Assembly: GCA_040235475.1 (NCBI GenBank)
Contig: JBECKY010000043.1
Location: forward strand, 20,476 to 84,475
Reading direction: 5' to 3'
DNA: 64,000 nucleotides
From: Pseudomonadales bacterium
GTDB taxonomy: Bacteria > Pseudomonadota > Gammaproteobacteria > Pseudomonadales > UBA3067
The notes under the pieces are model-generated. The model was not told where the DNA came from, did not search any database, and saw only the letters and a program-made list of their open reading frames with translations. Both the position numbers and the translations under genes were made by a program. Every line of letters starts with the position of its first letter. Position 1 is the stretch's first letter. Positions 29,488 through 40,234 of this stretch are shown piece by piece.

Positions 29488-32361
29488 ATGCCACATATTG
29501 CCTCAAGACCTAGCCTTTTTACCTTCATAATTTCTATTTGCCTCATAGCCCTGGTCTTATTCAGTATTTTACTCCCTACCAGGATATCTGCTAACGAGCC
29601 TATTCTGCTCTCTGGCCAGGAAGCTAAAATCAAGCTCACCTCACAACTTTCTTACCTGATAGACAGCTCTGAAAAGCTCGGCATAGATACTCTGATGGAG
29701 AGTGAGAAGAAGTCGCCAGCATGGAAAAAACACGGCCCAAAAACTCTTAATTTTGGCCATATCAATGCCACTGTCTGGGTAAAATTCGATGTCAAAAATG
29801 ACAGCCAATTTACTTTCAAACGCTTGCTGGAAATCAGCTCGCCCTTGCTTGACCATATTACGGTTTATCAAACGCAGAACAGCAACGTTACAGAGGAAAT
29901 TTTTCTCGGCGATGAATACCCTTTTAGCCAACGCCCCATTGTAAATAGAAATTTCGTTACGCCATTAATATTTGAGCCACACAGTTTAAATACTGTGTAT
30001 ATAGAATTAAACACCCAAAACACCAAACAACTACCCATGATTCTATGGGTAGAAAGTGCATTCTATGCCAAAGACCATCAGGTATCGCACTTCTTTGGCC
30101 TGTTTTACGGTTTTATGCTGGTGATGATTTTTTACAACCTGTTTATCTATATTTCTATTCGCGAAAAAATTTATCTTTATTATATTGCCTATGCTTCATC
30201 GATGCTGCTGCTATCTGCCTCCATGTACGGTGCCGCTTACGAATTTTTATGGCCCAATCAAGTGGTTTGGAATAGATACTCCGTGCCTTTTTTGGCCGGT
30301 CTATCCATGGGACTTATCGGCCTGTTCAGTTTTAAATTTTTAAAATTAAACAGTGGCGATTTTCTTGGCCGAATAATGATAGGCTTAAGCCTTATCAGCT
30401 TTGGTTTTGCGGCAGTATCATTTTTTCTACCAACGATGTATGCCTACCACTTCGCCGCTTATAACGCTGTGCTTGTCTGCCCTGCCAGTTTCATTATAGC
30501 GGTTTATATTGCCGGCAAAGGTTCAAAAGAGGCATTATATTTTGCCCTGTCCTGGGCCAGCCTGCTTGCAGGCGCTTCATTAATGGCAATGAATAAAGCT
30601 GGCATTGTTCCTCATACTCTTTTTACTGAGCACGGGCTTCAAGTAGGCTCGGCTGCCGAAATTGTATTGCTGTCTTTTGCCTTGGCAACCAGTATAAGCA
30701 ACTTGAAGGAAGATCAGCTACGGGCAAAAAAAGCAGAAATCGCTTATAAGTCAAAGGAACTTGAAGCGAGGAATACGGCGATTGAAGCCATGGAAGAAAG
30801 CAAAGCAAAAAGCACGTTCCTGGCTAAAATGAGTCATGAAATCAGAACCCCAATGAACGGGGTTTTCGGCATGACGCAATTATTACAAACTACACAACTG
30901 ACAGAAGAACAAAGACATTATAGCAATATCATTCTAGCTTCATCCAATACCTTGCTGAATATCATTAATGATATTCTTGATTATTCAAAAATAGAAGCTC
31001 ACCAAGTTGCCCTTGATTCACAGGCGTTTGACTTAAAGGAACTTATTAAAGATACTCTTGGGCTTTTTTCCGCAACCACCCAAGGTTCAGGTATTGAATT
31101 AATAGCAAACATCTCCCCCGGCATTAACACAGATTTAATCGGCGACCCTACGCGAATCAGGCAAATAATCACTAACCTGGTAGGCAATGCTGTTAAGTTC
31201 ACTGCTAATGGTTTCATTATACTTAACGTGAACCAGCCAAATCCCGATTCAAATATACTCAAATTTAGTGTTCGTGACAGCGGCATTGGTATCGCTGAAA
31301 AATTACAGCCACTTTTATTTAAAGTTTTTTCGCAAGTACGCTCTTCAAGCACTCAGCACATAGAGGGCACCGGTTTAGGTCTCACTATTACCAAACAATT
31401 AGCTGAAATGATGGGAGGCACAGTGGGCGTCATCAGTTCCGAAGGCCAAGGCTCAACTTTCTGGGTTACTTTGGATCTTAAAGCAGACACTATAGCCGCT
31501 CAAAATTTGCATATTCAAAAAAACCTAACAAATCCCAAGCCTTTAAAAAAGCTGTTAATCAGCTATCGTGAACAGGCATGCCGTGAGCTGATAAAAAAAT
31601 ACCTGGCCGATAAACATTACGATGTCTCTACTGTCACTGATTTAAAAACCCTTACTGAAAAACTATTCACGGGGGAAAACCAACCTTATGATTACATCTA
31701 TCTGGATTCAGCCCTTGATCTTAAAAGCCTGAACAACCAAGCTTATCTGGAAAAAATTATCCAAAGCAATATCCCTGTTGTCTTAATCTTATCTCCAGAC
31801 TTTGTTTTAACAGCCAATATTAAACGTTTGGCCATCAGCAACATTATTTACAAGCCATTTTTAACTGAGCAACTTATTCCTGATCTCAATCCTAGTCGCG
31901 CTTACGATCAAGTGGATCAGATCTTTAGTTCAGCTCTGGACATGCAATACAATCCACATCATTTAGAAACCCTGCAAAAATCTTCGCTAAAGATACTGGT
32001 TGCTGAAGACAACAAAGTGAATCAACTGGTTATCAAGGCCATGCTTACACATATGGGTCACCAAGCCACTATAGTGTCCAATGGCATGTTGGCTATTACT
32101 TCTTTACACGGTGACACGAAGTTTGATTTATTATTGCTTGATTGTGAAATGCCGATACTGGACGGTTTTGAAACCACAAAAGAAATCAGACGTCAACAAG
32201 CCCTGGGGAAATTGCCTTCGATAAAAATTATTGCGCTATCAGCCCACGCCATACAAGAACATAAACAAGCGTGTTTGAACGCTGGTATGGATGATTATTT
32301 AAGTAAACCGATACAAAAGGGAGAGCTTGAAACATTAATCAGACGGTTAAATTTAAGCTGA
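29488..32361 (+). CDS. Second 7TMR-DISM hybrid sensor histidine kinase: intact HisKA and HATPase, a pseudo-receiver and a receiver
   Basis: 957 aa. DISMED2-like N-terminus (LNFGHINATVWVKFDVKN), 7TM block, H-box SHEIRTPMNGVFGM, N-box NLVGNAVKF, G1 RDSGIGI, G2 GTGLGLTI. A degenerate REC (LLISYRE...IYLDSAL...LILSP...YKP) is followed by a canonical REC (ILVAEDN...LLDCEMPILDG...SKP). Confidence 0.85.
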   Translation: MPHIASRPSLFTFIISICLIALVLFSILLPTRISANEPILLSGQEAKIKLTSQLSYLIDSSEKLGIDTLMESEKKSPAWKKHGPKTLNFGHINATVWVKFDVKNDSQFTFKRLLEISSPLLDHITVYQTQNSNVTEEIFLGDEYPFSQRPIVNRNFVTPLIFEPHSLNTVYIELNTQNTKQLPMILWVESAFYAKDHQVSHFFGLFYGFMLVMIFYNLFIYISIREKIYLYYIAYASSMLLLSASMYGAAYEFLWPNQVVWNRYSVPFLAGLSMGLIGLFSFKFLKLNSGDFLGRIMIGLSLISFGFAAVSFFLPTMYAYHFAAYNAVLVCPASFIIAVYIAGKGSKEALYFALSWASLLAGASLMAMNKAGIVPHTLFTEHGLQVGSAAEIVLLSFALATSISNLKEDQLRAKKAEIAYKSKELEARNTAIEAMEESKAKSTFLAKMSHEIRTPMNGVFGMTQLLQTTQLTEEQRHYSNIILASSNTLLNIINDILDYSKIEAHQVALDSQAFDLKELIKDTLGLFSATTQGSGIELIANISPGINTDLIGDPTRIRQIITNLVGNAVKFTANGFIILNVNQPNPDSNILKFSVRDSGIGIAEKLQPLLFKVFSQVRSSSTQHIEGTGLGLTITKQLAEMMGGTVGVISSEGQGSTFWVTLDLKADTIAAQNLHIQKNLTNPKPLKKLLISYREQACRELIKKYLADKHYDVSTVTDLKTLTEKLFTGENQPYDYIYLDSALDLKSLNNQAYLEKIIQSNIPVVLILSPDFVLTANIKRLAISNIIYKPFLTEQLIPDLNPSRAYDQVDQIFSSALDMQYNPHHLETLQKSSLKILVAEDNKVNQLVIKAMLTHMGHQATIVSNGMLAITSLHGDTKFDLLLLDCEMPILDGFETTKEIRRQQALGKLPSIKIIALSAHAIQEHKQACLNAGMDDYLSKPIQKGELETLIRRLNLS

Positions 32362-32368
32362 TACTCAT

Positions 32369-33166
32369 TTACTGAAAAAGCTCTTGCAGTTTTTCACCAG
32401 GGTTTTCTGCTTTCATAAACGCTTCGCCTACTAAAAAAGTGTGCACACCTTTTTCTTTCATGGCTGTTACAGCCGCGATGTCATGAATGCCACTTTCAGT
32501 AACAACAATGCGATCTTGAGGGATATAGGGCAACAGTTCAAAGGTGGTTTCTAGACGAGTTTCAAAAGTATGAAGATTACGATTGTTAATCCCAATTAGG
32601 GGCAAGTCAAAGTCAAGCGCTATATCAAGTTCGTGCCTGTCGTGCACCTCAATTAATGTATCCATACCCCACTCAGCAATACACTGGCTTAACTCTTTTA
32701 ATTGCACCTTATCCAGGGCGGCAACAATTAATAACACGCAATCGGATTGAATTGCCCTGGCTTCCGCTACCTGATAAGGGTCGATAACAAAATCCTTTCT
32801 GAGCACTGGCAGGGAGCAAGCTGCTCGCGCCTGTTGTAAATAATCTTCATGGCCCTGGAAAAAATCCTGATCAGTCAAGACTGACAAACAAGCCGCACCG
32901 CCTTGCTCGTAGCTTTTGGCAATTTCCCCAGGATAGAATGCCTCGCGTAACACCCCTTTACTTGGCGAGGCTTTTTTAATTTCGGCAATAACACCTGACT
33001 GCCCCCGGTTTATCTTGTCGGCAATGGCCTTTACAAAGCCACGCGGAGCATCCGCTTCGCGCGCAACTGACTCCAACATTTGCAACGACCTTGTTTTAGA
33101 CCGCTCAGCAACTTCTTCATGCTTGCGTAAAATAATTTTCTTTAAAATAGTGGGTACTTCGACCAT
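32369..33166 (-). CDS. trpC: Indole-3-glycerol-phosphate synthase
   Basis: 265 aa. [29 protein letters not shown]. Confidence 0.95.
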   Translation of the reverse strand: MVEVPTILKKIILRKHEEVAERSKTRSLQMLESVAREADAPRGFVKAIADKINRGQSGVIAEIKKASPSKGVLREAFYPGEIAKSYEQGGAACLSVLTDQDFFQGHEDYLQQARAACSLPVLRKDFVIDPYQVAEARAIQSDCVLLIVAALDKVQLKELSQCIAEWGMDTLIEVHDRHELDIALDFDLPLIGINNRNLHTFETRLETTFELLPYIPQDRIVVTESGIHDIAAVTAMKEKGVHTFLVGEAFMKAENPGEKLQELFQ

Positions 33167-33176
33167 GGAATCTTGC

Positions 33177-34202
33177 TCATTCTGTTTTGCATAAAATGGT
33201 AAAGTCGGTAAATTCGCTTAATTTTTCTTTGGCCATACCGCTGCCGATGGCATCCTGGGCCATTGCCACGCCTTCTTCCAGAGTTGTAGCAACGCCGGAA
33301 ACATAAATCGCCGCTCCGGCATTTAAAATCACAATGTCTGTTGCCGCACCACCGCCATTGCTTAGAGAGCTTTTCAACTTGGTCAAACTGGCTTCCACAC
33401 TGTCCACCGCCAGCTCCTGAATAGGTGCACGCGGTAAAGCAAACTGCTCGGGCATAACGCTGTATTCAGTAATTGCACCGTCTTTAAGTTCAGCCACATA
33501 GGTTTCGTCACTGATGCTGATTTCATCCATGCCATCGGCTGAATGGACCACCAACACATGACGACTGCCTAATGCCTGCAAAACTTCAGCAACAGGTCGT
33601 AACCATTGTTTTGCAAACACCCCCACCACCTGGTTGGGTGCCCCCGCTGGATTGGTTAAAGGGCCTAATAAATTAAACAGGGTGCGAACACCCATTTCCT
33701 TGCGCGGGCCTATGGCATGTTTCATCGCGCCATGGTGGGCAGGTGCAAACATAAACCCTATGCCGGTACCGTCTATTGAGCGAGCCACTTCTTCTGGCAT
33801 AAGATCAAGGCGCACGCCCGCAGCTTCAAGCACATCCGCACTACCGGACTTGCTCGATACTGAGCGATTACCGTGCTTTGCAACCTTTACACCCGCTGCC
33901 GCAGCAACAAAAGCTGCCGCAGTAGAAATATTAAACGTACTGCCACTATCACCACCGGTGCCACAAGTATCCACCAGGTGAGTTTTAGCGACTGGTACAG
34001 GTGTGGACAAGCTGCGCATCACCTTTGCCGCAGCAGTAATTTCCACCACAGTTTCTCCTTTCATCCGCAAGCCAATAAGAAAGCCTCCTATTTGTGCCGG
34101 CGTGGCCTCTCCTGTCATAATCAAACTCATCGCTGTCTGCATTTCGTCGCCACTTAAATCCCTGCGCTCCAACACTGCAGCAATGGCCTGCTTCATATCC
34201 AT
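33177..34202 (-). CDS. trpD: Anthranilate phosphoribosyltransferase
   Basis: 341 aa. [41 protein letters not shown]. Confidence 0.95.
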   Translation of the reverse strand: MDMKQAIAAVLERRDLSGDEMQTAMSLIMTGEATPAQIGGFLIGLRMKGETVVEITAAAKVMRSLSTPVPVAKTHLVDTCGTGGDSGSTFNISTAAAFVAAAAGVKVAKHGNRSVSSKSGSADVLEAAGVRLDLMPEEVARSIDGTGIGFMFAPAHHGAMKHAIGPRKEMGVRTLFNLLGPLTNPAGAPNQVVGVFAKQWLRPVAEVLQALGSRHVLVVHSADGMDEISISDETYVAELKDGAITEYSVMPEQFALPRAPIQELAVDSVEASLTKLKSSLSNGGGAATDIVILNAGAAIYVSGVATTLEEGVAMAQDAIGSGMAKEKLSEFTDFTILCKTE

Positions 34203-34242
34203 TACAATTACCTTTTTAATAGTTAATTCTGATAATTAATGC

Positions 34243-34827
34243 TCATTCTGTGTATTCAAGAAAATTCTTCAACAACTCATGCCCCTGCTCGGTTAAAATC
34301 GATTCCGGATGGAATTGCACACCGTCAATCGCTAGTTCCTTATGACGAATACCCATAATTTCCTCCATGCTGCCATCAGGATTTTCTGTCCAGGCGTTAA
34401 TGGAAAAGCATTCCGGCACATGGGCACGATCAATCACCAGAGAATGGTAGCGTGTGGCTTGCAGAGGTTTGTTCAAACCTTTGAACACCCCGGTGTCGTT
34501 ATGATAAATAGCGGACGTTTTACCGTGCATCACTTGCTTTGCGCGAATAATTTTACCGCCATAGGCCTGGGCGATACACTGGTGCCCCAGGCAAATCCCT
34601 AAGAGGGGCACTTTCCCGGCGAAATATTTAATCACCTCCATGGATATACCTGCTTCATTAGGTGTGCAGGGTCCGGGAGAAATGACAATATGCTCAGGTT
34701 TTTGTGCCGCTATTTCTGCAACAGTAATGGCGTCGTTGCGATACACCTGCACATCGGCGCCCAGCTCAGCCAAATATTGCACCACATTATAGGTAAAGGA
34801 GTCGTAATTATCGATCATTATTAACAT
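34243..34827 (-). CDS. trpG: Anthranilate synthase component II (glutamine amidotransferase)
   Basis: I trimmed the start to ATG 34827 ([14 protein letters not shown]...). It is preceded by AGGAGGAAGC and lies 1 nt after the trpE stop. Motifs: GICLGHQ, QFHPES. Confidence 0.93.
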   Translation of the reverse strand: MLIMIDNYDSFTYNVVQYLAELGADVQVYRNDAITVAEIAAQKPEHIVISPGPCTPNEAGISMEVIKYFAGKVPLLGICLGHQCIAQAYGGKIIRAKQVMHGKTSAIYHNDTGVFKGLNKPLQATRYHSLVIDRAHVPECFSINAWTENPDGSMEEIMGIRHKELAIDGVQFHPESILTEQGHELLKNFLEYTE

Positions 34828-34828
34828 C

Positions 34829-36382
34829 TTAGCTTCCTCCTTTTTTTGCCTGTAAGACAGCACTTGTTTCTGGTGACAAGCTGTTGTTAACCATGTCGAC
34901 AGCCTGAAAAATAGCCCGGCCTTTGTTCATGGTTTCTTGCCACTCCAGTTCAGGCACCGAGTCAGCCACAATGCCCGCGCCAGCCTGAATATGCAGAACC
35001 TGGTCTTTAATCACTGCGGTGCGAATCGCAATAGCGGTATCCATGTCACCGTGCCAGGTTAAATAGCCCACGGCACCGCCATACACACCTCTTTTTACCG
35101 GCTCAAGTTCATCAATAATTTCCATCGCGCGAATCTTTGGCGCCCCGCTTAAGGTACCCGCAGGAAACGTTGCCCGCAGCACATCCAGGGGCGTTTTGCC
35201 CTCTTGCAGCTCGCCATCGACATTGGAGACAATGTGCATCACATGGGAATAACGTTCCACCACCATGTTTTCCGTGACCTTAACGGAACCGGTTTTGGCA
35301 ATCCTGCCGACATCATTACGCCCCAAATCAATTAGCATCAAGTGCTCGGCCCGTTCTTTTGGGTCGGCTAGCAATTCCTCTTCCATGGCTTTATCTTCTT
35401 CCTCGCTGCGCCCGCGACGACGAGTGCCCGCTATGGGCCGCACACTGACAATACCGCCCTCGCTGCGAGCCAGAATTTCGGGTGATGAACCCACCACATA
35501 AAACTCAGCAAGGTTCATGTAATAAAGATAGGGGGAAGGATTAAGGAAACGCAACGCCCGGTATAAATCCAGGGGCCGGGCGGCAAAGGGGATGGACATG
35601 CGCTGGGAAATAACCGTTTGCATGACATCGCCTGCCAGCACATATTCTTTAATACGCTTTACTGCCGCTTCAAAGTCCGCTTGCTTGAAGCCGGAAACAA
35701 ACTCGGCCTCTGCCGCACTGGCCACCCCAGACAACTCGGGCACCTCACGTAAACACAGCTTGGAATTTTGCGCTGCAGCACTGCTGATATCGGCAATCAA
35801 ATTATCCAGTCGCGCCTGGCCGGATGCAAATGCCGCCTCGGTGGCCGGATCCACATGGCAAATAAGATAGAGCGAACCCTGCAAATTATCGAAAACCACC
35901 ACTTCGTCTGACACCATCAGCAAAATGTCCGGCGTACCCAAGGGGTCATTCCCGGCGGCCTTACCCAATTTAGGTTCAATATAACGCACGGTGTCGTAAG
36001 CAAAGAAACCTACCAGGCCACCATTAAAGCGCGGTAAATCCGCTAACTTAGGCACACGAAAACGACTCTGAAACTCTTCGACATAGGCCAGAGGATCTGC
36101 AACTGTACTGTCTTCAATTACCTGGCCATCGGTTTCCAGCACCACTTTATGACCGAAAACCTTTAATACCGTTTTACACGGCAAACCAATAATGGAATAA
36201 CGCCCCCATTTTTCACCGCCATGGACGGATTCCAGCAAATAGGAGTAAGCACCATCAGCCAGCTTCTGGTAAGCGCTTAGGGGAGTATCGAGATCTGCCA
36301 GTACTTTTCGTACCAGCGGAATACGGTTATAGCCTTCATTAGCGTAAGACTGAAATGTTTCAGCTGTCATGTTTAGCGACAT
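34829..36382 (-). CDS. trpE: Anthranilate synthase component I
   Basis: 517 aa. [42 protein letters not shown]. Confidence 0.95.
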   Translation of the reverse strand: MSLNMTAETFQSYANEGYNRIPLVRKVLADLDTPLSAYQKLADGAYSYLLESVHGGEKWGRYSIIGLPCKTVLKVFGHKVVLETDGQVIEDSTVADPLAYVEEFQSRFRVPKLADLPRFNGGLVGFFAYDTVRYIEPKLGKAAGNDPLGTPDILLMVSDEVVVFDNLQGSLYLICHVDPATEAAFASGQARLDNLIADISSAAAQNSKLCLREVPELSGVASAAEAEFVSGFKQADFEAAVKRIKEYVLAGDVMQTVISQRMSIPFAARPLDLYRALRFLNPSPYLYYMNLAEFYVVGSSPEILARSEGGIVSVRPIAGTRRRGRSEEEDKAMEEELLADPKERAEHLMLIDLGRNDVGRIAKTGSVKVTENMVVERYSHVMHIVSNVDGELQEGKTPLDVLRATFPAGTLSGAPKIRAMEIIDELEPVKRGVYGGAVGYLTWHGDMDTAIAIRTAVIKDQVLHIQAGAGIVADSVPELEWQETMNKGRAIFQAVDMVNNSLSPETSAVLQAKKGGS

Positions 36383-36408
36383 GGCTTGGTATCCTTTACT
36401 AAAAACCC

Positions 36409-36436
36409 ATTATTCATCAAGGTACATGGGTGTCAA
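36409..36436 (-). promoter_or_regulatory. Candidate sigma70 promoter for trpE
   Basis: The minus strand reads TTGACA (36436-36431), a 16-nt spacer, then AATAAT (36414-36409). The implied leader is only about 20 nt with an AAAGGA RBS. Confidence 0.35.
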
Positions 36437-36651
36437 TCGATATGGTTACAGATAAAGTCAGGCAGGTATGGGCCTGGTGAGAAAATTCACCATCGCCAGC
36501 GAAGAAAGGACACTGAGGGGATATTTTGAAGCAGTTTGATTACTTTCACGGCACTAATTAGCTTTATGTCTATGTTTATTTAGGCTCTTGTCTAAATTTA
36601 AGAACAATATCCCAGCCTGACCCAAGAATCAACAAAAAGCTTAGAGAAGGC

Positions 36652-37290
36652 CTAGAATCCATGTTTTGTGCTTAACACCATTAGCTCTCTATCAGCGACA
36701 GCGATGTCTTGTTCCAGGCGAATAATATCGGCCTCTAGCGCTCCTTGCTCAGCATGAGCTTCCTTAATTTCAAGCAGCAATTGCGCCCGCTCAGTAAAAT
36801 TTCCTTGCTTGCTGATCAATTGTACCTCTTTGGCAGCCAGGCTTTCGCCTAAATGCTGCAATGCACGTTTTTTATTAGCCAAATCATCGCTCATTCTCTC
36901 GACCAGGCGTTTGGCTAAATAAATTTCCTTGCCAACTTTATAGGCATGAATAAATTCTGATTCTAAGTCAGCGGGGCAGATTCCGCCATAGCTTTTACCA
37001 CTGGTGCCTATTCGAAAACCATTGTCAGGCTGACAAAATATTCGCAAGCCCTGCTCGTGTCCTGCCTTATAGGCTTCAAAATCAGGGGTGATGCCGTGCT
37101 TGGCACAGGCGCTACGATGCCGGCCAATTTGGTTGCTGCCAACACGGCCATCTTCATAGCCGATGGCTTCCCAGTCAGCCAACTGGCACTCTTCTTCGTT
37201 GAGGGTGGCGCAGCCGCTGATGATCATTAGAGACAGTAATAGTGAAGCCCACCGGGTATTACGCCAGCAATTTTCAATCATCATTTCCAT
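36652..37290 (-). CDS. Lipoprotein, DUF2799-like, with a C-terminal coiled-coil
   Basis: 212 aa. Lipobox LMIISGC, then CQLADWEAIGYEDGRVG and further Cys-containing repeats typical of DUF2799 by recollection. The C-terminal half is heptad-like. Confidence 0.5.
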   Translation of the reverse strand: MEMMIENCWRNTRWASLLLSLMIISGCATLNEEECQLADWEAIGYEDGRVGSNQIGRHRSACAKHGITPDFEAYKAGHEQGLRIFCQPDNGFRIGTSGKSYGGICPADLESEFIHAYKVGKEIYLAKRLVERMSDDLANKKRALQHLGESLAAKEVQLISKQGNFTERAQLLLEIKEAHAEQGALEADIIRLEQDIAVADRELMVLSTKHGF

Positions 37291-37487
37291 GCAGTATTGC
37301 CAGTATAGATGAAATTCATAATCAGCCTTTACTCAAAAAATCGTGCCCGCACCATAAGATCTGTTTAAGGGTAGATTGCCACAGGGCTTAAAGAATTCCT
37401 GTGATCTTGTACCGGCAAGGTTTTAACCGAGGCAGATTTCCAGGAATCTATTGGGATTTTTAACGAAAAAGATCTAACGAGTGCTAT

Positions 37488-38168
37488 TTATGGATGGACG
37501 CTAGTTAATTCTTTTCGCATGGACTGAATAACAGCTGAGTAATCACCGGCGCCAAAAATAGCTGAACCAGCAACAAAAGTGTCAGCCCCGGCAGCAGCGA
37601 TTGCTTTGATATTTTTTTCAGACACCCCTCCATCAACCTCAAGGCGGATCGAAGGTTTAGCGGCATCAATCAGTTTACGTGCCTGCTTTAGCTTATCGAG
37701 CGTGGACGGGATGAACTTTTGGCCTCCGAAGCCGGGATTGACCGACATTAATAAAATCATATCCAGCTTTTTGATCACATGATCTAAATAATTAAGCGGG
37801 GTGGCAGGATTAAACACCAGACCTGTTTTACATCCATGATCAATGGCCAGCTGCAAGCTCCGGTCTATGTGCTCAGAGGCTTCAGGATGAAAAGTAATAT
37901 AAGTGGCCCCGGCCTTGGCGAACTGCACAATTAAATCATCCACTGGCTTAACCATTAAGTGCACATCAATGGGCGCTTTAATGCCGTAATTTCTTAAGGC
38001 CTGACAAACCATTGGGCCAAAAGTCAGGTTAGGCACATAGTGATTATCCATCACATCAAAATGAACAATGTCGGCACCGGCGGACAAAACGGCATCCACT
38101 TCTTCACCCAGTCGTGCCAAATCGGCTGACAAGATCGAAGGTGCTATCCAGAAACTGTTTTCAGACAT
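37488..38168 (-). CDS. rpe: Ribulose-phosphate 3-epimerase
   Basis: 226 aa. [37 protein letters not shown]. Confidence 0.96.
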   Translation of the reverse strand: MSENSFWIAPSILSADLARLGEEVDAVLSAGADIVHFDVMDNHYVPNLTFGPMVCQALRNYGIKAPIDVHLMVKPVDDLIVQFAKAGATYITFHPEASEHIDRSLQLAIDHGCKTGLVFNPATPLNYLDHVIKKLDMILLMSVNPGFGGQKFIPSTLDKLKQARKLIDAAKPSIRLEVDGGVSEKNIKAIAAAGADTFVAGSAIFGAGDYSAVIQSMRKELTSVHP

Positions 38169-38214
38169 ATTTTGTCCTTTAGCTGTATTTTAATTTTTAA
38201 AACAAGACATGTTG

Positions 38215-38934
38215 TTAGCGCAGTTGTTTATCCAACTGCTCTAGCCTGAAAGGCGTGCCTACATCCACCCACTCGCCACGGTATAAGTGCCCACAAACCT
38301 TGTCGCAAGCCATTTGTTCACGCAGCAAAGGCACCAATGAAAAGACCCCTTGCTTCAGAGCTTCCGGCGACGCATGCTTCAATAGCTCAGGGTCAATTAT
38401 ACTGATGCCGCTAAAAGTGTAAGTATACCGGCCAGGGCCACTTGAATGCACCTTGAAAATATCCGGATGCTGCAGCACCGGGGCGCTGGTATCCAAATAA
38501 AAATCACCTTGCTGATTGTGCTCTGGATTCGCGACCAGCAAAAGTCTGGCAAGATAGCCTTCAGGCAAAAAGAAATCCTTAAAATTGAAATCGCACCAGA
38601 CATCGCTATTAACCAGCAAGAAGGGTTCAGGCCCAAGAGTTCCTGCAAGCAACGGTAAGGCCTTAAGCACCCCCCCACCACTTTCCAAGGGCTGGTCTTC
38701 ACTGGAATAAACAATGCTGATACCGTATTGCTCACCGGTACCCAGGGCTTGCTCTATTTGCTCTCCCAGGTGGGACACATTAATCACAACCTCAGTAAAC
38801 CCTGCTGCACAAAGGCGTTTTATGTGATAAACAATTAAATGCTCTCCACCTGCTTTCAATAAGGGCTTGGGGGTCTTGTCTGTCAGGGGGCGCATCCTTG
38901 TCCCCAGCCCGGCCGCCAGTATCATCGCTTTCAT
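38215..38934 (-). CDS. murU: N-acetylmuramate alpha-1-phosphate uridylyltransferase-like nucleotidyltransferase
   Basis: 239 aa. MKAMILAAGLGTRMRPLTDKTPKPLL. It overlaps the upstream kinase gene by 4 nt. The pair sits divergent from lptD, as amgK-murU does in Pseudomonas. Confidence 0.75.
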   Translation of the reverse strand: MKAMILAAGLGTRMRPLTDKTPKPLLKAGGEHLIVYHIKRLCAAGFTEVVINVSHLGEQIEQALGTGEQYGISIVYSSEDQPLESGGGVLKALPLLAGTLGPEPFLLVNSDVWCDFNFKDFFLPEGYLARLLLVANPEHNQQGDFYLDTSAPVLQHPDIFKVHSSGPGRYTYTFSGISIIDPELLKHASPEALKQGVFSLVPLLREQMACDKVCGHLYRGEWVDVGTPFRLEQLDKQLR

Positions 38935-40016
38935 GGTAAAAATTGCCCGTCAATACATAAAGCCGCATCTGGATTTACTTTGAGCAATTTCGGTAGCACA
39001 AGGTCGATCAATGTCTGATGCAATAATTCCAGCTCAGGATAACGCTGACTGGCGTCTAACATGTAGTTAAAGGTTCTAGGAATATCTTTCAGATAACCTG
39101 ACTTGTTATCGCGTATTTTCAAGCGAGCAAAAATGCCAATAGCTTTTAAATGGCGTTGCACGCCCATCCAATCAAACCATTTGAGCAGTTGCTCCTTCCG
39201 CACGCCCGCTGCGCCGAATAAACCAGCCTGCTGAGCTGCCTCAGCGTATTGCATGAGCCATTGATTTACCTGCTGCGATGGCCATGAAACGTAACAATCC
39301 TTCAGCAGAGATACCAGATCGTAGGTGATGGGGCCGCAAACACCGTCCTGAAAATCAATGATCGCCAAACTATCGTCGCTTGTCACCATGATGTTGCGGG
39401 AATGATAATCTCGATGCACAAATACTTGCGGTTGCTCTAATGCAGACGCTGCAAGCAAGTTGAATGCATGTTCCAAGCTATACTGCCTGGTTTGATTTAA
39501 GTGCAAATCGAGATATTGCGCCAAAAACCAATCACTGAACAAATGCATTTCATCTTGCAAACGCTTTAAATCGTAATCCGGACAAGAAAATGCCCAATCT
39601 TTTTCTAAGCGCTTAATATCAGCGCATTGTAGTTTTTGCATTAAAATCAGGCTATCGAGCGCTTTGCGGTAGTAACGATCGACAGTATCGGTATTTAACA
39701 GCCCCAAAAGTTGTTGATCACCCAGGTCTGACAGCAATAAAAAGCCGCGATTGATATCAAAGGCGTGAACAAGCGGCACTAAAGCCCCCCCGCTGTGTAA
39801 GGCGTCTGCAATAGCTACAAAGGCAGGATTATTTTCAGTTCCAGGCGGGGCATCGACGGCAATCAGAGTTTCCTCATTGGCTTGAAGGCGAAAATAATGT
39901 CGAAAGCTGGCATCGCCGGAGATGGCTTGCAAGGCGGTGGTTTTTACCTCCAGACCTTTTAAGCCTTTAACCTGTTGATCCACCCATTCCTGTAACAAAT
40001 TGACTCGTTTACCCAT
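38931..40016 (-). CDS. amgK: Anomeric MurNAc/GlcNAc kinase-like aminoglycoside-phosphotransferase-fold protein
   Basis: 361 aa. APH-fold motifs VFVHRDYHSRNIMV and IIDFQD. Operon partner of murU. Confidence 0.7.
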   Translation of the reverse strand: MGKRVNLLQEWVDQQVKGLKGLEVKTTALQAISGDASFRHYFRLQANEETLIAVDAPPGTENNPAFVAIADALHSGGALVPLVHAFDINRGFLLLSDLGDQQLLGLLNTDTVDRYYRKALDSLILMQKLQCADIKRLEKDWAFSCPDYDLKRLQDEMHLFSDWFLAQYLDLHLNQTRQYSLEHAFNLLAASALEQPQVFVHRDYHSRNIMVTSDDSLAIIDFQDGVCGPITYDLVSLLKDCYVSWPSQQVNQWLMQYAEAAQQAGLFGAAGVRKEQLLKWFDWMGVQRHLKAIGIFARLKIRDNKSGYLKDIPRTFNYMLDASQRYPELELLHQTLIDLVLPKLLKVNPDAALCIDGQFLP

Positions 40017-40234
40017 TAACTGACCTATTAAACATTCGGGAAATTCTGATTAATTCAAGAATAAATTGACCCGATAAATTGTTACTGATGTGAGCTTCTT
40101 TAAATAAAATAAGGATAAATCCAGCCCCAGCCAGTCCAAATACTGGCCGCGTCTGCTCGAATGATTTATTATCCATAACTTCACCTATTAACTGGAACGA
40201 TCAGTGCACATAATGCATTGTTTATAACAGAGTT

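Noticed and set aside
36383-36651. A search for a trp leader peptide or attenuator upstream of trpE.
   Set aside because: The only mini-ORFs on the coding strand (MVNFLTRPIPA, MYLDE) have no Trp codons, and no terminator hairpin is present. The promoter-like TTGACA-N16-AATAAT leaves a leader of only about 20 nt.
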